DNA from: an uncultured bacterium
GTDB lineage: Bacteria > Chloroflexota > UBA5177 > JANWHV01
Length of the DNA: 64,000 nucleotides
Direction of reading: 5' to 3'
Assembly: GCA_963827235.1 (NCBI GenBank)
Contig: CAWHAE010000009.1
Coordinates: 1,232,239 to 1,296,238, forward strand
Made by a program: the position numbers and the translations under genes. A model generated the notes under the pieces. It did no database searches. It was not told the DNA's origin and saw nothing but the letters and a program-made list of their open reading frames with translations. Shown piece by piece: positions 39,730 through 49,488 of this stretch. The first letter of the stretch is position 1; every line of letters begins with the position of its first letter.

Positions 39730-41955
39730 ATGCATGGATCTGGCCAACTGACGGCGAGCATTATCGTGCCAACCCGCAACGGTGGGAGCGTGTGGCGCGA
39801 GACGCTTCGCGCTATCTTGAGCCAGGAGGATACCGCGATCGTCGAGCTCATCGTCGTGGACTCAGACTCGTCGGATGGAACGTTTGAGGCCACGGAACAG
39901 ATCTGCGCCGATCCTGCCTGCAACCCGAGTGCCGTCCCGCTCCGCCTTACGCGCATTCCCGTGCACGCGTTCGGCCACGGTCACACGCGCAACAGAGCGG
40001 CGGCAACGGCGTCCGGCGACGTGCTTGTCTTCCTGAGCCAGGACGCGACGCCCGCGAACAGCTCCTGGCTAGCAGAACTCTTGCGTTCGTTCGAAGACCC
40101 ACGGGCCGCCGGTGCGTTTTGCAGGCAGATAGCGCGCGGCGCAGCCTCCGTACCGGAGCGATTCAACATCGAGATGGGCTTTCCGGAGGAGAGCAGAACT
40201 ATCTCACGCGAGGCGATCGGCAAGACCAGCGTGCTGTTCTCGAATGCCGCCAGTGCCATCCGCCGAGGCGTGTGGCAGGCGATCCCCTTTGACGAGGATC
40301 TGCTGATGTGCGAGGACCAGCACTGGGCCCTGGAGGCGCTGCGCGCGGGGCATACGATCGTGTACAACGCGAGCGCAGCCGTCCTGCATTCCCACCAGTA
40401 CTCGTGGCGCACCCTCGTATCGAGGTATTTCGACTCCATCGCCTTCCTGCCCGACGAGATGCAGCGCGCCGGTGCGCAAGGTTACCGTGCCTACTTGCGC
40501 CGGGAGATTGCCTATGTCGCGGCACGCGGGGGATTGCGCGGTCTGCCCGGGCTTGCCGGTTACGAGACCGGCCGCATGATCGGATATGGCCTGGCTGTGA
40601 ACAGGCGGCGGCTGCCACGCTGGGTATCTGAGCGTGTATCGAGCTACCCACGCTGGTTTGGCGGGCGAACAGCCCAGCGGGACGCAAATGTGACGGAGCG
40701 TCCTGTGCGGGCGTGCTTCCTGGTGTGCAACACGTCGATGGCCGCCGCCCGCGTGCGGCGCGAGGCGCAGGTCGTTGCCGGCCAGATGCCGACGACCGTG
40801 CTGGCTGTACCCGGGCCGATGTCGATCCTTACCAAAGGATTGAAGGGCGCTCAGCTGTTGCTTGGCATGGCGGTGGGAGAGCTCGACAGAATAACCTATC
40901 GAGACCAGGATGGCTACCGGGCGATACTCGTGCCGTGGCCCGGCAAGGTTGCTGAGTCCCGAGCGGCACCAGGCAGCACCTCGGGAGAGCAGAGGTCCAG
41001 GCTCCCGGCCGGGAGTGCAGTTTCAAGCTTGATCAAGATTAACCTGCGGCTGGCCGTGCTCGCGTCATACCAGCGTGCGGCAATCTACCATGCACACGAC
41101 CTCGACACTCTGCCGGCGGCCGCTGCGGCGGCGTTCGTCAACAGGGCGAAGCTCATCTACGATGCCCACGAGCTCTGGCCGGAGATGAGTCCGAATCGAT
41201 CGCGTCGCCTGATGTGGACTGTCCTGGAGAAGTACCTGATCAGGCGCGCCGACTCGGTAGTGACCATCAACCGCAGCATAGCGACGGAGCTGACACGCCG
41301 GTATGGCGTGCCCTGCAGCGTCCTGTACAACTACCCGACGTTTCATCCCGTGCTGGAGTCCGACCCTGCCAGGGCATGGCGTCAGGAGCTAGGCCTTCCG
41401 GGGGACGCAGTCGTCGTCCGCTATCACGGGCTGTACCTCCCCGAACGGGGCCTCGAAGAGTTAGTGAGGGCCGTTCCACTTCTCGACGAGAGGGTGGTCG
41501 TCACGTTTCAGGGCTACGGGCCGATCGGCGCCGACCTCAAGAGGTTGGCACAGCAGCTTCACGTCGAGAGTCGTGTGTTCTTTCTTGATCCACTCCCCAG
41601 CACCGCGCTGGTCGCGGCGGCCTCGGCAGCCGACATCGGCATAGCGCCGTTGCAGAACGCGAACGGGAATCTGCGCCTCTGCAGTCCCAACAAGGTCTAT
41701 GAGTATCTGCATGCGGGCCTTGCCCTTGTGGTGAGCGACTTGCCCGAGCTGCGCGCGATTGTCGACGATACGGGCGCAGGCACTGTCTGTGATCCCCGCG
41801 ATCTCGCCTCCGTGGCCGACGCGTTGAATCGGTTGGTGTCGTGCCCGGCAGAGCTGGCGCGCGCGAGGGAAGCGGCTCGCCGGGCAGCGCCGAGATACAG
41901 CTGGGAGCACGTAGGAGAGAGTCTGACGCGGCTCTATGCCGGTCTGACTGGGTAA
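39730..41955 (+). CDS. Fused GT2 + GT4 glycosyltransferase
   Basis: N-terminal ASIIVPTRNG..FGHGHTRN..FLSQDATP; C-terminal YHAHDLDTL, YDAHEL, PNKVYEYLHAGL..SDLPE; start uncertain. Confidence 0.88.
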   Translation: MHGSGQLTASIIVPTRNGGSVWRETLRAILSQEDTAIVELIVVDSDSSDGTFEATEQICADPACNPSAVPLRLTRIPVHAFGHGHTRNRAAATASGDVLVFLSQDATPANSSWLAELLRSFEDPRAAGAFCRQIARGAASVPERFNIEMGFPEESRTISREAIGKTSVLFSNAASAIRRGVWQAIPFDEDLLMCEDQHWALEALRAGHTIVYNASAAVLHSHQYSWRTLVSRYFDSIAFLPDEMQRAGAQGYRAYLRREIAYVAARGGLRGLPGLAGYETGRMIGYGLAVNRRRLPRWVSERVSSYPRWFGGRTAQRDANVTERPVRACFLVCNTSMAAARVRREAQVVAGQMPTTVLAVPGPMSILTKGLKGAQLLLGMAVGELDRITYRDQDGYRAILVPWPGKVAESRAAPGSTSGEQRSRLPAGSAVSSLIKINLRLAVLASYQRAAIYHAHDLDTLPAAAAAAFVNRAKLIYDAHELWPEMSPNRSRRLMWTVLEKYLIRRADSVVTINRSIATELTRRYGVPCSVLYNYPTFHPVLESDPARAWRQELGLPGDAVVVRYHGLYLPERGLEELVRAVPLLDERVVVTFQGYGPIGADLKRLAQQLHVESRVFFLDPLPSTALVAAASAADIGIAPLQNANGNLRLCSPNKVYEYLHAGLALVVSDLPELRAIVDDTGAGTVCDPRDLASVADALNRLVSCPAELARAREAARRAAPRYSWEHVGESLTRLYAGLTG

Positions 41956-42028
41956 CAGCGCATTCCTGGCCGGAACACTCCCCTTTGCCGCGCTGCAGCC
42001 TGATAGAGCTTGGTCCTGTCAGTTCGCC

Positions 42029-43165
42029 TCACGCTCGTTCAAGGTCCGCAAGCAGGGCAGTCGCCACTCGGTCCGCATCGTGATAACGCTCCACGAACGC
42101 TCGGGCTCTTACGGCGAGGGCAGTCCTCAGCTCAGGCTCCAGGATGGCACGTCGCAGGACATCGTAGATCGTGGTTGGATCTGCATTCAACAAGGGTAGG
42201 TCGTCGTAGGGCTCGTGGGTCCGCCGGCATTCCTCACTGACATACGTGACGACACACTTCTCTAGAGCCATAGCCTCGATGGCCAGCAGACCATACCAGC
42301 CGTAGAGCAACTGATCGACGACGATGTCCGCCCTCTCCATCGCTCGGCGGACCTCGGCATGCGGCTTGCGCTGGAGGCAGACGTAGTCAAACTCATAGCC
42401 TTCATCACGCAGTCTCTGCACAGCCGCTTCAACATGCACCGTGCCCTTCAGCGCAGAATTACTGGGCGCGTGTACCACGACAGGGAGCGGGTTGGCGCAG
42501 CGCCTTGGCGGCCATTTGGCCAGGTCAATCGGCAGCCACAGAAAGCGATACCTGCGAAGGTACTGCGCGTACTCGGGCATGGCATAGACGACATTGGCGA
42601 ATTGGGCTGCCCTTCGCGCGCGTCGCTCCTTGTCGCGCGCAACGCAAGGTAGCGAGCACGCTGAGCAGTAGGTGAACGGTCGATGCAATGGCAGAACGGC
42701 TGCCCGAGCGCGGATGTCGCAGCCGTTGAAAATCACCGCGACGCGTTTGTTGAGCATGCGGAGCAGCGGGAGATCGAGGTTTAGGGGCAGGAGCGTCTCT
42801 CCATGGACGAATACAAAAGTATCGTAGACAATTAGCGCGCGAAGAGCGCTGAGAAGCCGCACAGGCGCGTGCTCGAACCTCCAGAGGCCCTGTAGACCGG
42901 TGCTGTCCACCTGGCGGGGAAAAAGGGCGGCACGAACTGCGTTGGCCCGCTTAAGCACTTGGCCTAGCATACCCGGGTGTACACATCTAGCTGCTGCGGC
43001 GCTGCTCGAGATCTCGAACGCATGCTCTACCCAAGTCAAGGAGTCGACGCGAACCCCAAGGCGCCGGAGCGAGCGAAAGAGCGCAATATTGATAGTGCCG
43101 ATCTCGCACATGCCGATAAGGACGCGGCGACACGGGTGCTCTCGTCTCCGAAACATCTGCCACAT
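42029..43165 (-). CDS. GT-B (GT4-like) glycosyltransferase
   Basis: FNGCDIR, VVHAPSNSALKGT, ADIVVDQLLYGWYGLLAIEAMAL. Confidence 0.85.
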   Translation of the reverse strand: MWQMFRRREHPCRRVLIGMCEIGTINIALFRSLRRLGVRVDSLTWVEHAFEISSSAAAARCVHPGMLGQVLKRANAVRAALFPRQVDSTGLQGLWRFEHAPVRLLSALRALIVYDTFVFVHGETLLPLNLDLPLLRMLNKRVAVIFNGCDIRARAAVLPLHRPFTYCSACSLPCVARDKERRARRAAQFANVVYAMPEYAQYLRRYRFLWLPIDLAKWPPRRCANPLPVVVHAPSNSALKGTVHVEAAVQRLRDEGYEFDYVCLQRKPHAEVRRAMERADIVVDQLLYGWYGLLAIEAMALEKCVVTYVSEECRRTHEPYDDLPLLNADPTTIYDVLRRAILEPELRTALAVRARAFVERYHDADRVATALLADLERA

Positions 43166-43185
43166 GGGTGCTTCCCCGAGCCGGC

Positions 43186-44706
43186 TTAACGGCGCACTAG
43201 CGAAGTTTGCGACGCGCTATGCATATGCGGACTATTGCGGCATCCGACCCTCGACACCGCACGACGAAGAAGCGAAAGACCGGTCAATATGACGTGTGCC
43301 CCTTCTGGTACCAGTGCTGTTTGCCGCGCAACGTACTTCCACCAGACTGGCGATGAGGCAAGCGGTCGGCACCGCAGTGCCGCGAAGACCGCTGAGAACG
43401 GAAGCCACCTTCTTCTTGCCTTGAGCGAGCAAAGCCATGAGGCGAGCCGGGCACTGCGCGACGATTCTGGCCTCGCGACGCACGTTGGTGTTTCCACAGT
43501 GGCTTCCACCTCAGTCGTCCTGTGGGACAACAGGTCGCTGCCGGATTCGGTCGCTTGCGCCACTCGGCAACGCGGGTCCAACTGGCGATAGTATTCCTCG
43601 TAGCGGCGTATCATTCGAACGCCAGCGCCAGTAAGCGCAGCGGTCGCCTGAACAGCAACATCTGCGACTGATACGGCCCTATAGGCAGGCGAGCCACTGC
43701 ACCCCGTGAATTCCGATATCGCTTCCTGCCACATCGTGCTAAACGCTGAATCTGGATATGTGCCTGCTACCTCCCTCGCCCAGAGTCTGAGCATACGGCT
43801 GAGATCTCGGGATAGGGTTGCATCAGGCACACTCAAGATCCACTCGACGACACGTCGTAGGAGGGCAGGGTGCGGCCCAAGGCCATAAACCGCGGAAGCC
43901 GGATCAGCGGCGACTGAAAGAGCCTTGCACAGCGCCTGGTGAGCCAACGCTGGCTCTCTCAGGTTGACGCTAGGAAGGAGGTCCTCCAGACGATACGAAT
44001 TGAGAAGTGCAATCGACGCTCTTCCGCTGTCGAATTGGCCCAGGGACGGGAAGGTGGCGGATCCTTGCGCCGCGTGAAGACGAGTGATACAGGTGGAGTC
44101 TGGAATGGCCGCCGGCATCGTGACAGCCATCAACCGCAACCACATGTCATAGTCTTGGGCGTGGGGCAGGGACGAGTCAAAAACGCCGACCTTCCTGAAC
44201 AACTGCCTATCGACGCACACAGAGTTCCCAGCAATGACGTTGCGGTGCAGCATGTCCAGAACCAGCCAACGCGTGTCGTTGAGGCGCAGTCCGGGCACCA
44301 AAGTCGACCGACCGCTCGCGTATAGTAGGTCAAAACCGGTGACGAAGAACCCCTTCTCGGGATGAGCATGTATGGCGTTTCGGTGTACCGACAGTTTCTG
44401 GCGATGGAACAGGTCGTCTGAGCTGAGCCAACATATCCACTGGCCCGTCGCGTGAGCGAGCGCATTGTTAAGGGCGGTGGCGACACCACCGTTCGGTTGG
44501 TGCAAGACCTTGAACCGCTTGTCGCGCCTGCTGTACGAGTCGAGGATGTCGGCAGTGCCGTCTGAAGACCCATCGTCGACTACCACCGCCTCCCAATCGG
44601 CGTCCGTCTGCGCGACAAGCGAGTCCAGCGCTTGGCCCAGGTACTGAGCCTGATTATAGGTGGGAACGAGCACGCTGAACATGGGAACCTTCGGCATAGC
44701 AGTCAC
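43186..44706 (-). CDS. GT2 glycosyltransferase with C-terminal extension
   Basis: FSVLVPTYN, VVDDGSSD, NGGVATALN, WLSSDD, AQDYDMWLR. Confidence 0.9.
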   Translation of the reverse strand: MTAMPKVPMFSVLVPTYNQAQYLGQALDSLVAQTDADWEAVVVDDGSSDGTADILDSYSRRDKRFKVLHQPNGGVATALNNALAHATGQWICWLSSDDLFHRQKLSVHRNAIHAHPEKGFFVTGFDLLYASGRSTLVPGLRLNDTRWLVLDMLHRNVIAGNSVCVDRQLFRKVGVFDSSLPHAQDYDMWLRLMAVTMPAAIPDSTCITRLHAAQGSATFPSLGQFDSGRASIALLNSYRLEDLLPSVNLREPALAHQALCKALSVAADPASAVYGLGPHPALLRRVVEWILSVPDATLSRDLSRMLRLWAREVAGTYPDSAFSTMWQEAISEFTGCSGSPAYRAVSVADVAVQATAALTGAGVRMIRRYEEYYRQLDPRCRVAQATESGSDLLSHRTTEVEATVETPTCVARPESSRSARLASWLCSLKARRRWLPFSAVFAALRCRPLASSPVWWKYVARQTALVPEGAHVILTGLSLLRRAVSRVGCRNSPHMHSASQTSLVRR

Positions 44707-44736
44707 CGACCAAGGCTTAGCGGTAGAGTCGTTGGG

Positions 44737-45822
44737 TTAGAAGGCATGGTGGTATCCGAGCACGATCCGTGCCACTGTCTGGGAGACGTTGCTTGCGAGG
44801 TACTCCGAAGGCGGCGTCCAATTCGGAGGGCGCGCCAGCACCGTCCGCACGCATCGTAGAATCGATTCGAGCTCGACGCCGCTGAGCACGTTGCTGCCCG
44901 CGTCCATGGTCTCCGGTCGTTCCGTCGTATCACGAATGGTAACGTTCGGGACCCTGAGGATGCAGCATTCTTCCTGGACTGTGCCGCTGTCGCTCACCAC
45001 GCACAGGGCGTTCTCTTCCAGTTTCACGAAATCGACGAAGCCGAGCGGCTCGACAAATCTGATGTCTTCCTGCGGAACGGCGAGGCCAAACTGGTCCATC
45101 CGCTTTCGTGTCCTAGGGTGCAGGCTGCAAAGCACCGGAGCGCCATGCTCGCGACAGAGACCGGCAAGAGCGCTGAGCAACGACGACAGTCTGCCCCGAT
45201 CGTCGACGTTTTCGGCACGGTGCATGGTCACGAGGAAGTAGGACCCGCTCGAGACAGCATACGTCCTCAGAGCCCTCGAGCCGTCTATCTCAGTGCGATT
45301 GGCCTGCATGACCTCGTAGATCGGATTTCCGGTCACATGGATGCGCTGCTCCTCGATGCCCTCGCGCACGAGGTTCTCCTTGCTACGCTGGGTATACGGC
45401 ATGAGTATGTCGCTGCAGTGATCGATGACGCGTCGATTCACTTCTTCCGGCACGCGATCGTCATGGCAGCGGTTACCCGCTTCCATGTGGTAGACCGGGA
45501 TGCCCATGCGCTTCGCCATAAGCGCGGCAAGGCTGCTGTTCGTGTCACCGAGCACGAGGAACCTGTCCGGCCGCTCGAGAGCCAGTATTCTCTCGGACTC
45601 GCGCATAATGGTGGCGACCTGTTCACCAAAGGTACCGACTGCGCCCATCCGGTAGTCCGGTTCCCTGACGCGCAGCTCGCGAAAGAATATGTCGCTCAGG
45701 TTCGGATCGTGGTTCTGGCCCGTATGTATCAGCCGCTGGTCACAGAGGCCGTCGAGGAACTCAATGACGCGGCTCAGCCTGATGATCTCCGGGCGCGTGC
45801 CAAGAATCGTGACCACTTTCAT
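44737..45822 (-). CDS. wecB: UDP-N-acetylhexosamine 2-epimerase (WecB/FnlC-like)
   Basis: ATG 45822 in ATGA overlap; GTRPEIIRLS, HTGQN, LGDTNS, HMEAGNRC..VPEEVNR, SDSGTVQEE, TERPE. Confidence 0.93.
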   Translation of the reverse strand: MKVVTILGTRPEIIRLSRVIEFLDGLCDQRLIHTGQNHDPNLSDIFFRELRVREPDYRMGAVGTFGEQVATIMRESERILALERPDRFLVLGDTNSSLAALMAKRMGIPVYHMEAGNRCHDDRVPEEVNRRVIDHCSDILMPYTQRSKENLVREGIEEQRIHVTGNPIYEVMQANRTEIDGSRALRTYAVSSGSYFLVTMHRAENVDDRGRLSSLLSALAGLCREHGAPVLCSLHPRTRKRMDQFGLAVPQEDIRFVEPLGFVDFVKLEENALCVVSDSGTVQEECCILRVPNVTIRDTTERPETMDAGSNVLSGVELESILRCVRTVLARPPNWTPPSEYLASNVSQTVARIVLGYHHAF

Positions 45823-46763
45823 GAGGTGGACCTCTTGCTGCAGCCGGCGGCAGGTTGCGGATACAGCGCAAGCTCGGCAACCATTTCGGCCACGCTCGGC
45901 GTGGCACGATAGCCAGCCGCGTGCCACAACGAGTCGTTGAGCTCGTGGTTGCAGGTCGCCAGCGTTCGATTCACAGCTTTGTCGGCCTCAACCACTTCGA
46001 CGGTGACATCTCGGCGCTCAAACGCGCCAGCGAACGCTTGCAGCAGCTCTGCCTTGGACACCACACCGCCTGGAATCACATGTTGGAGGTGCGGCAGCGC
46101 GATATCTTGGGAGATAATTGCCCCGCAAAGCTTCGCGAAGTGCAGTGTCGTCAGCCCATTCCAGAGGTGATTCGCAAATCCACGAACCTGCGACCCGACG
46201 GGCTGGCTGAGAAACCACGCGAGAAGGGAGCGCCCGGGGTAGCGCTCTGGCCCCACTATCGAGCAACGGAGATGGTGCACATTGGACATCCTGGCCTCGC
46301 CCAAGCTCTTCGTCTTGCCGTAGACGTCAAGCGCGTCGTGCACGTCGAGCTCCGAGTATAGGCCCTTGCTGCCGGAGTAAACGCAGTCCGTTGCGATCTG
46401 AAGCACGCGGGCTCCCGCCGCCGCGGCTCTCATTCCCAGCTGGAACGGGAACTGCGAGTTGACGGCTATCGCACTGGCCACTTCTGCGGCGTCCTCATCG
46501 TGAATGAGCGGCTTGATCACCCCGATGGCATTCACGATCCAGTCCGCATCGTCAATTGGGTCCCACGTTCCCTCGTCGCGCGCGTCAAGCAAACTCCACT
46601 CGGCGCGTCGAATCCGCTGCCGGCAGTCTTCGAGGATCGATGGGTTTCGAACCGTGCCGCGTACGGATACGGTCTCCTGTTCCGCAAGATAGGCGGCGAC
46701 CATTGAGCCGAGCATACCCGACGCACCTAGCACGAGAACACGTTTCAGTGCCACCTGCTTCAC
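45819..46763 (-). CDS. RmlD-like NDP-4-keto-6-deoxysugar reductase
   Basis: LGASGMLG, VNAIGVIK, IATDCVYSG, YGKTKSLGE, WNGLTT. Confidence 0.9.
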   Translation of the reverse strand: MKQVALKRVLVLGASGMLGSMVAAYLAEQETVSVRGTVRNPSILEDCRQRIRRAEWSLLDARDEGTWDPIDDADWIVNAIGVIKPLIHDEDAAEVASAIAVNSQFPFQLGMRAAAAGARVLQIATDCVYSGSKGLYSELDVHDALDVYGKTKSLGEARMSNVHHLRCSIVGPERYPGRSLLAWFLSQPVGSQVRGFANHLWNGLTTLHFAKLCGAIISQDIALPHLQHVIPGGVVSKAELLQAFAGAFERRDVTVEVVEADKAVNRTLATCNHELNDSLWHAAGYRATPSVAEMVAELALYPQPAAGCSKRSTS

Positions 46764-47209
46764 CGTTCCTCGACTGTCCAGATGTCCCAGTACCGGGCAG
46801 GAAACCTGATGTCGTCGCCTCGAGACTGATCAAGAGTACTTGTGGAGAAGAAGAGCACTTGTGTCGCGCTGGTCAGCGACATGAAGCCGTTGGCGTACCC
46901 GGGCGGGACATAGAGCACGGCCGGCTTGCCTGCGGCGAGCACGAAGCGCTGGACCTCCAGGCTCGGTGACGGCTCCGACCAGTCGTCGAGCTGGACAGCG
47001 CCGACGAGCGCTGCGCCTGACGCCACGAACACGTACTTAGCTTCGTGTCGATGGCCGTGCCAGGCCCGCACGAGCCCGGCGACATGGTTCTCTACGCAGT
47101 AGAAGCGCTTCACGCCGGCAAAATCGAAGTCGTTGACGAAGCGAAGTGTGCCCCGGTCGTCGACGGCAAGGCCACCCGCGATGAGGGTAGGCACCTGGGG
47201 AGCGCTCAT
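46760..47209 (-). CDS. Cupin NDP-sugar epimerase/isomerase
   Basis: VDDRG..F, VKRFY, RAWHGHRHEAK, YVPPGYANGF. Confidence 0.88.
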   Translation of the reverse strand: MSAPQVPTLIAGGLAVDDRGTLRFVNDFDFAGVKRFYCVENHVAGLVRAWHGHRHEAKYVFVASGAALVGAVQLDDWSEPSPSLEVQRFVLAAGKPAVLYVPPGYANGFMSLTSATQVLFFSTSTLDQSRGDDIRFPARYWDIWTVEER

Positions 47210-48168
47210 TGCTCGTCCCGCCGTCGCCAGTGAAGCTGATTGCCGGGAACTGCGAGAAAGGAAGCATTCGCGTAGCGGGGGTTGTCCACATCCTTGAGCC
47301 TGTGCGAGACAAGCAAATCTTTGATCTCCTCGATACCGGAGTCGATAGAGTACATGGGCTTGAATCCCAGCACGCTCTCGGCCTTTTCGCCGGTGACGCG
47401 GTAATTCCGCGAGTCCTGGAACGTCATGGGTGAAATCTCGATCTCGGTGTCTGGGAAGTGGTTGCGTATCTGGTACGCAAGGTCGACTATGCGAACGTTC
47501 TGCTTCTGAAGGTTGAAGATCCCGGTGTGAGCCGTGTCCACATTGCCCACTACAGCGCGTGCTGCATCCCGCACATGCAAGAGCGGGCGGAACTGATCGC
47601 CGCCGAACACGCTGAGCTTGCCCTGGCGATAGGCCCTAACGGTGAGGATGTTGACAACGAGGTCGAGCCGAATGCGCGAGAACAGATCGCCGACACCAAA
47701 GATCGTGCCAAGTCGAAAGACGATCGCGTTCTTGCCGGTAAGATGCTTCTCGGCGGCAAGCTTCGTTGCCGCGTAAACGGAGAGAGGGTTCGCCGGCGAC
47801 TCCTCGTCGAGCACGGCGTCCTGGGCCCCATAGACAGAACACGTGGACATGAACACGATCCGGCCGTCAAAGTGCTCTGCCAGCCATCTGAGGGGCTCCT
47901 GGTTTACTTCGACGGAGAGCTCAGGGTTGAGCGCGCACGCGCCGTCGCCGACCAACGCTGCCAACCAGACTACAGCGTCTGCCCAGGATAGGTGCTTCGC
48001 CAACCGCTGCTGATCACGGATGTCCCCGTAGGCAAAGTCCACGGGCTTTCGATACGACTCCTCATAGAGCAAGCAGTCGTATACCCGCACTGTGTGGCTG
48101 GCCTGCATGAGCAAGTCAACCGTAACGCCACCGATGTAGCCGGCGCCGCCGACAACGAGCACGTTCAT
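47206..48168 (-). CDS. NAD-dependent NDP-sugar epimerase/dehydratase (extended SDR)
   Basis: VVGGAGYIG, LAALVGDGAC, STCSVYG, YAATK, RIRLDLVVN, RPLLHVRD. Confidence 0.92.
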   Translation of the reverse strand: MNVLVVGGAGYIGGVTVDLLMQASHTVRVYDCLLYEESYRKPVDFAYGDIRDQQRLAKHLSWADAVVWLAALVGDGACALNPELSVEVNQEPLRWLAEHFDGRIVFMSTCSVYGAQDAVLDEESPANPLSVYAATKLAAEKHLTGKNAIVFRLGTIFGVGDLFSRIRLDLVVNILTVRAYRQGKLSVFGGDQFRPLLHVRDAARAVVGNVDTAHTGIFNLQKQNVRIVDLAYQIRNHFPDTEIEISPMTFQDSRNYRVTGEKAESVLGFKPMYSIDSGIEEIKDLLVSHRLKDVDNPRYANASFLAVPGNQLHWRRRDEQ

Positions 48169-48415
48169 GGTCTCCTACTTCCACCATGTGATACACACGC
48201 TGTCTGACCAACTGGGGCCACGGATGTTGGCTCCGCCATCGAACGGCCCAGTAGCAATGGCTGTAGGACACGCAGCACGTGTTCGCCACAAATAGCCAGT
48301 GTGGAACGGTCGTAGGAATTGTCCGCGTCAGGAACCTGACCAACAAGCCGTAAGCATCGACCGCCTATAGCGCGTCGCCAGCGACTGCGAGAGAAGTATC
48401 CCATGAAACCGCCCC

Positions 48416-49468
48416 CTAGACCCTGCGGTTGTGGATGTGACATAAGCCGAGAAACCGCCGGAGCGCACTCCGCGGAGCTCCAAGCACCTGGACGCAGATC
48501 GCCGTCCAGAATCGTTTATGGCGCCAAAAGCGGGCGACATAGTGTCGCAACGACCAGTATTCGCGGCCGGCAATATTGGGCGACCTTAGTACCTTGATTG
48601 CTGTGGGTACGCCGATCGCGAGCAAGTAGTCCTGGCACTCCCTCACTATGGGACGCTCCACTCCCATCTCAGCATATAGATCCAGCGCTTCCTGAAGTCT
48701 GACCAGCACAATCATGGGCTGGTAATCCCACCATTCCCTTGCACCATCCACAATCGTGATTACCGGTGTCCCAATATGATAGGCCTTTCGCCCAACGAAC
48801 CCCCTTGCGAACACAACTATGTGGGGATAGGTCAGCTCGAGTGAAGAAAAGGCGCTGCCACTCGACACGTCAATGCCGTGGGCCGACTTGCACCATATGG
48901 TTCGACGGAACACCGCGCGCTGCATACCCATGAAAAGGTTCCCACGACCAGGTGTTATCAGATGCTCCCACCGATCAACTGCGTAAGATCGAGTGTCCTG
49001 CGATTCCAAGGCGAGATCTGCCGGCAATCGTGACGCAACGACCGGACCTTGATACCTATCGAGCGTCCCTATCGGGACATGCATCCCGTTTACGCAGACA
49101 AAGTCGATGTCCGTGGAGTTCGCCAGCACGTTGAGCACACGTTCTAGTCCATCATCGCGGACAAAGTCGTCATCACCAATCAGCCAGCAGTACTCGCCGA
49201 TCGCATATTCGCCTACGAGCTTCAGCATATTTCGAACGGCACCGATATTCTCGGTATTCCGATAGGATCGAATTGGGCACTGGGCCTGAGCCCGCTTGAT
49301 GATGTCGGGGGTGCGGTCGGGTGAATGGTTGTCCGACACGATAAGCTCCACCGTGTCCGAGAACCTCGAGATCTGGGGTGCGAGCGACAGCAATGCCGAT
49401 TCAAGCAGCCTGGAGCGGTTGTAGGTTGGAATACATATCGATAACAGAGGCACAGCGGCAGATTCCAT
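48416..49468 (-). CDS. GT2 glycosyltransferase (dideoxyhexosyltransferase/RfbV-like)
   Basis: ATG 49468; LLSICIPTYNR, VSDNHSPD, NIGAVRN, GEYCWLIGDDD. Confidence 0.88.
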   Translation of the reverse strand: MESAAVPLLSICIPTYNRSRLLESALLSLAPQISRFSDTVELIVSDNHSPDRTPDIIKRAQAQCPIRSYRNTENIGAVRNMLKLVGEYAIGEYCWLIGDDDFVRDDGLERVLNVLANSTDIDFVCVNGMHVPIGTLDRYQGPVVASRLPADLALESQDTRSYAVDRWEHLITPGRGNLFMGMQRAVFRRTIWCKSAHGIDVSSGSAFSSLELTYPHIVVFARGFVGRKAYHIGTPVITIVDGAREWWDYQPMIVLVRLQEALDLYAEMGVERPIVRECQDYLLAIGVPTAIKVLRSPNIAGREYWSLRHYVARFWRHKRFWTAICVQVLGAPRSALRRFLGLCHIHNRRV

Positions 49469-49488
49469 CGAAGCCCTTTCGTTGTCTG

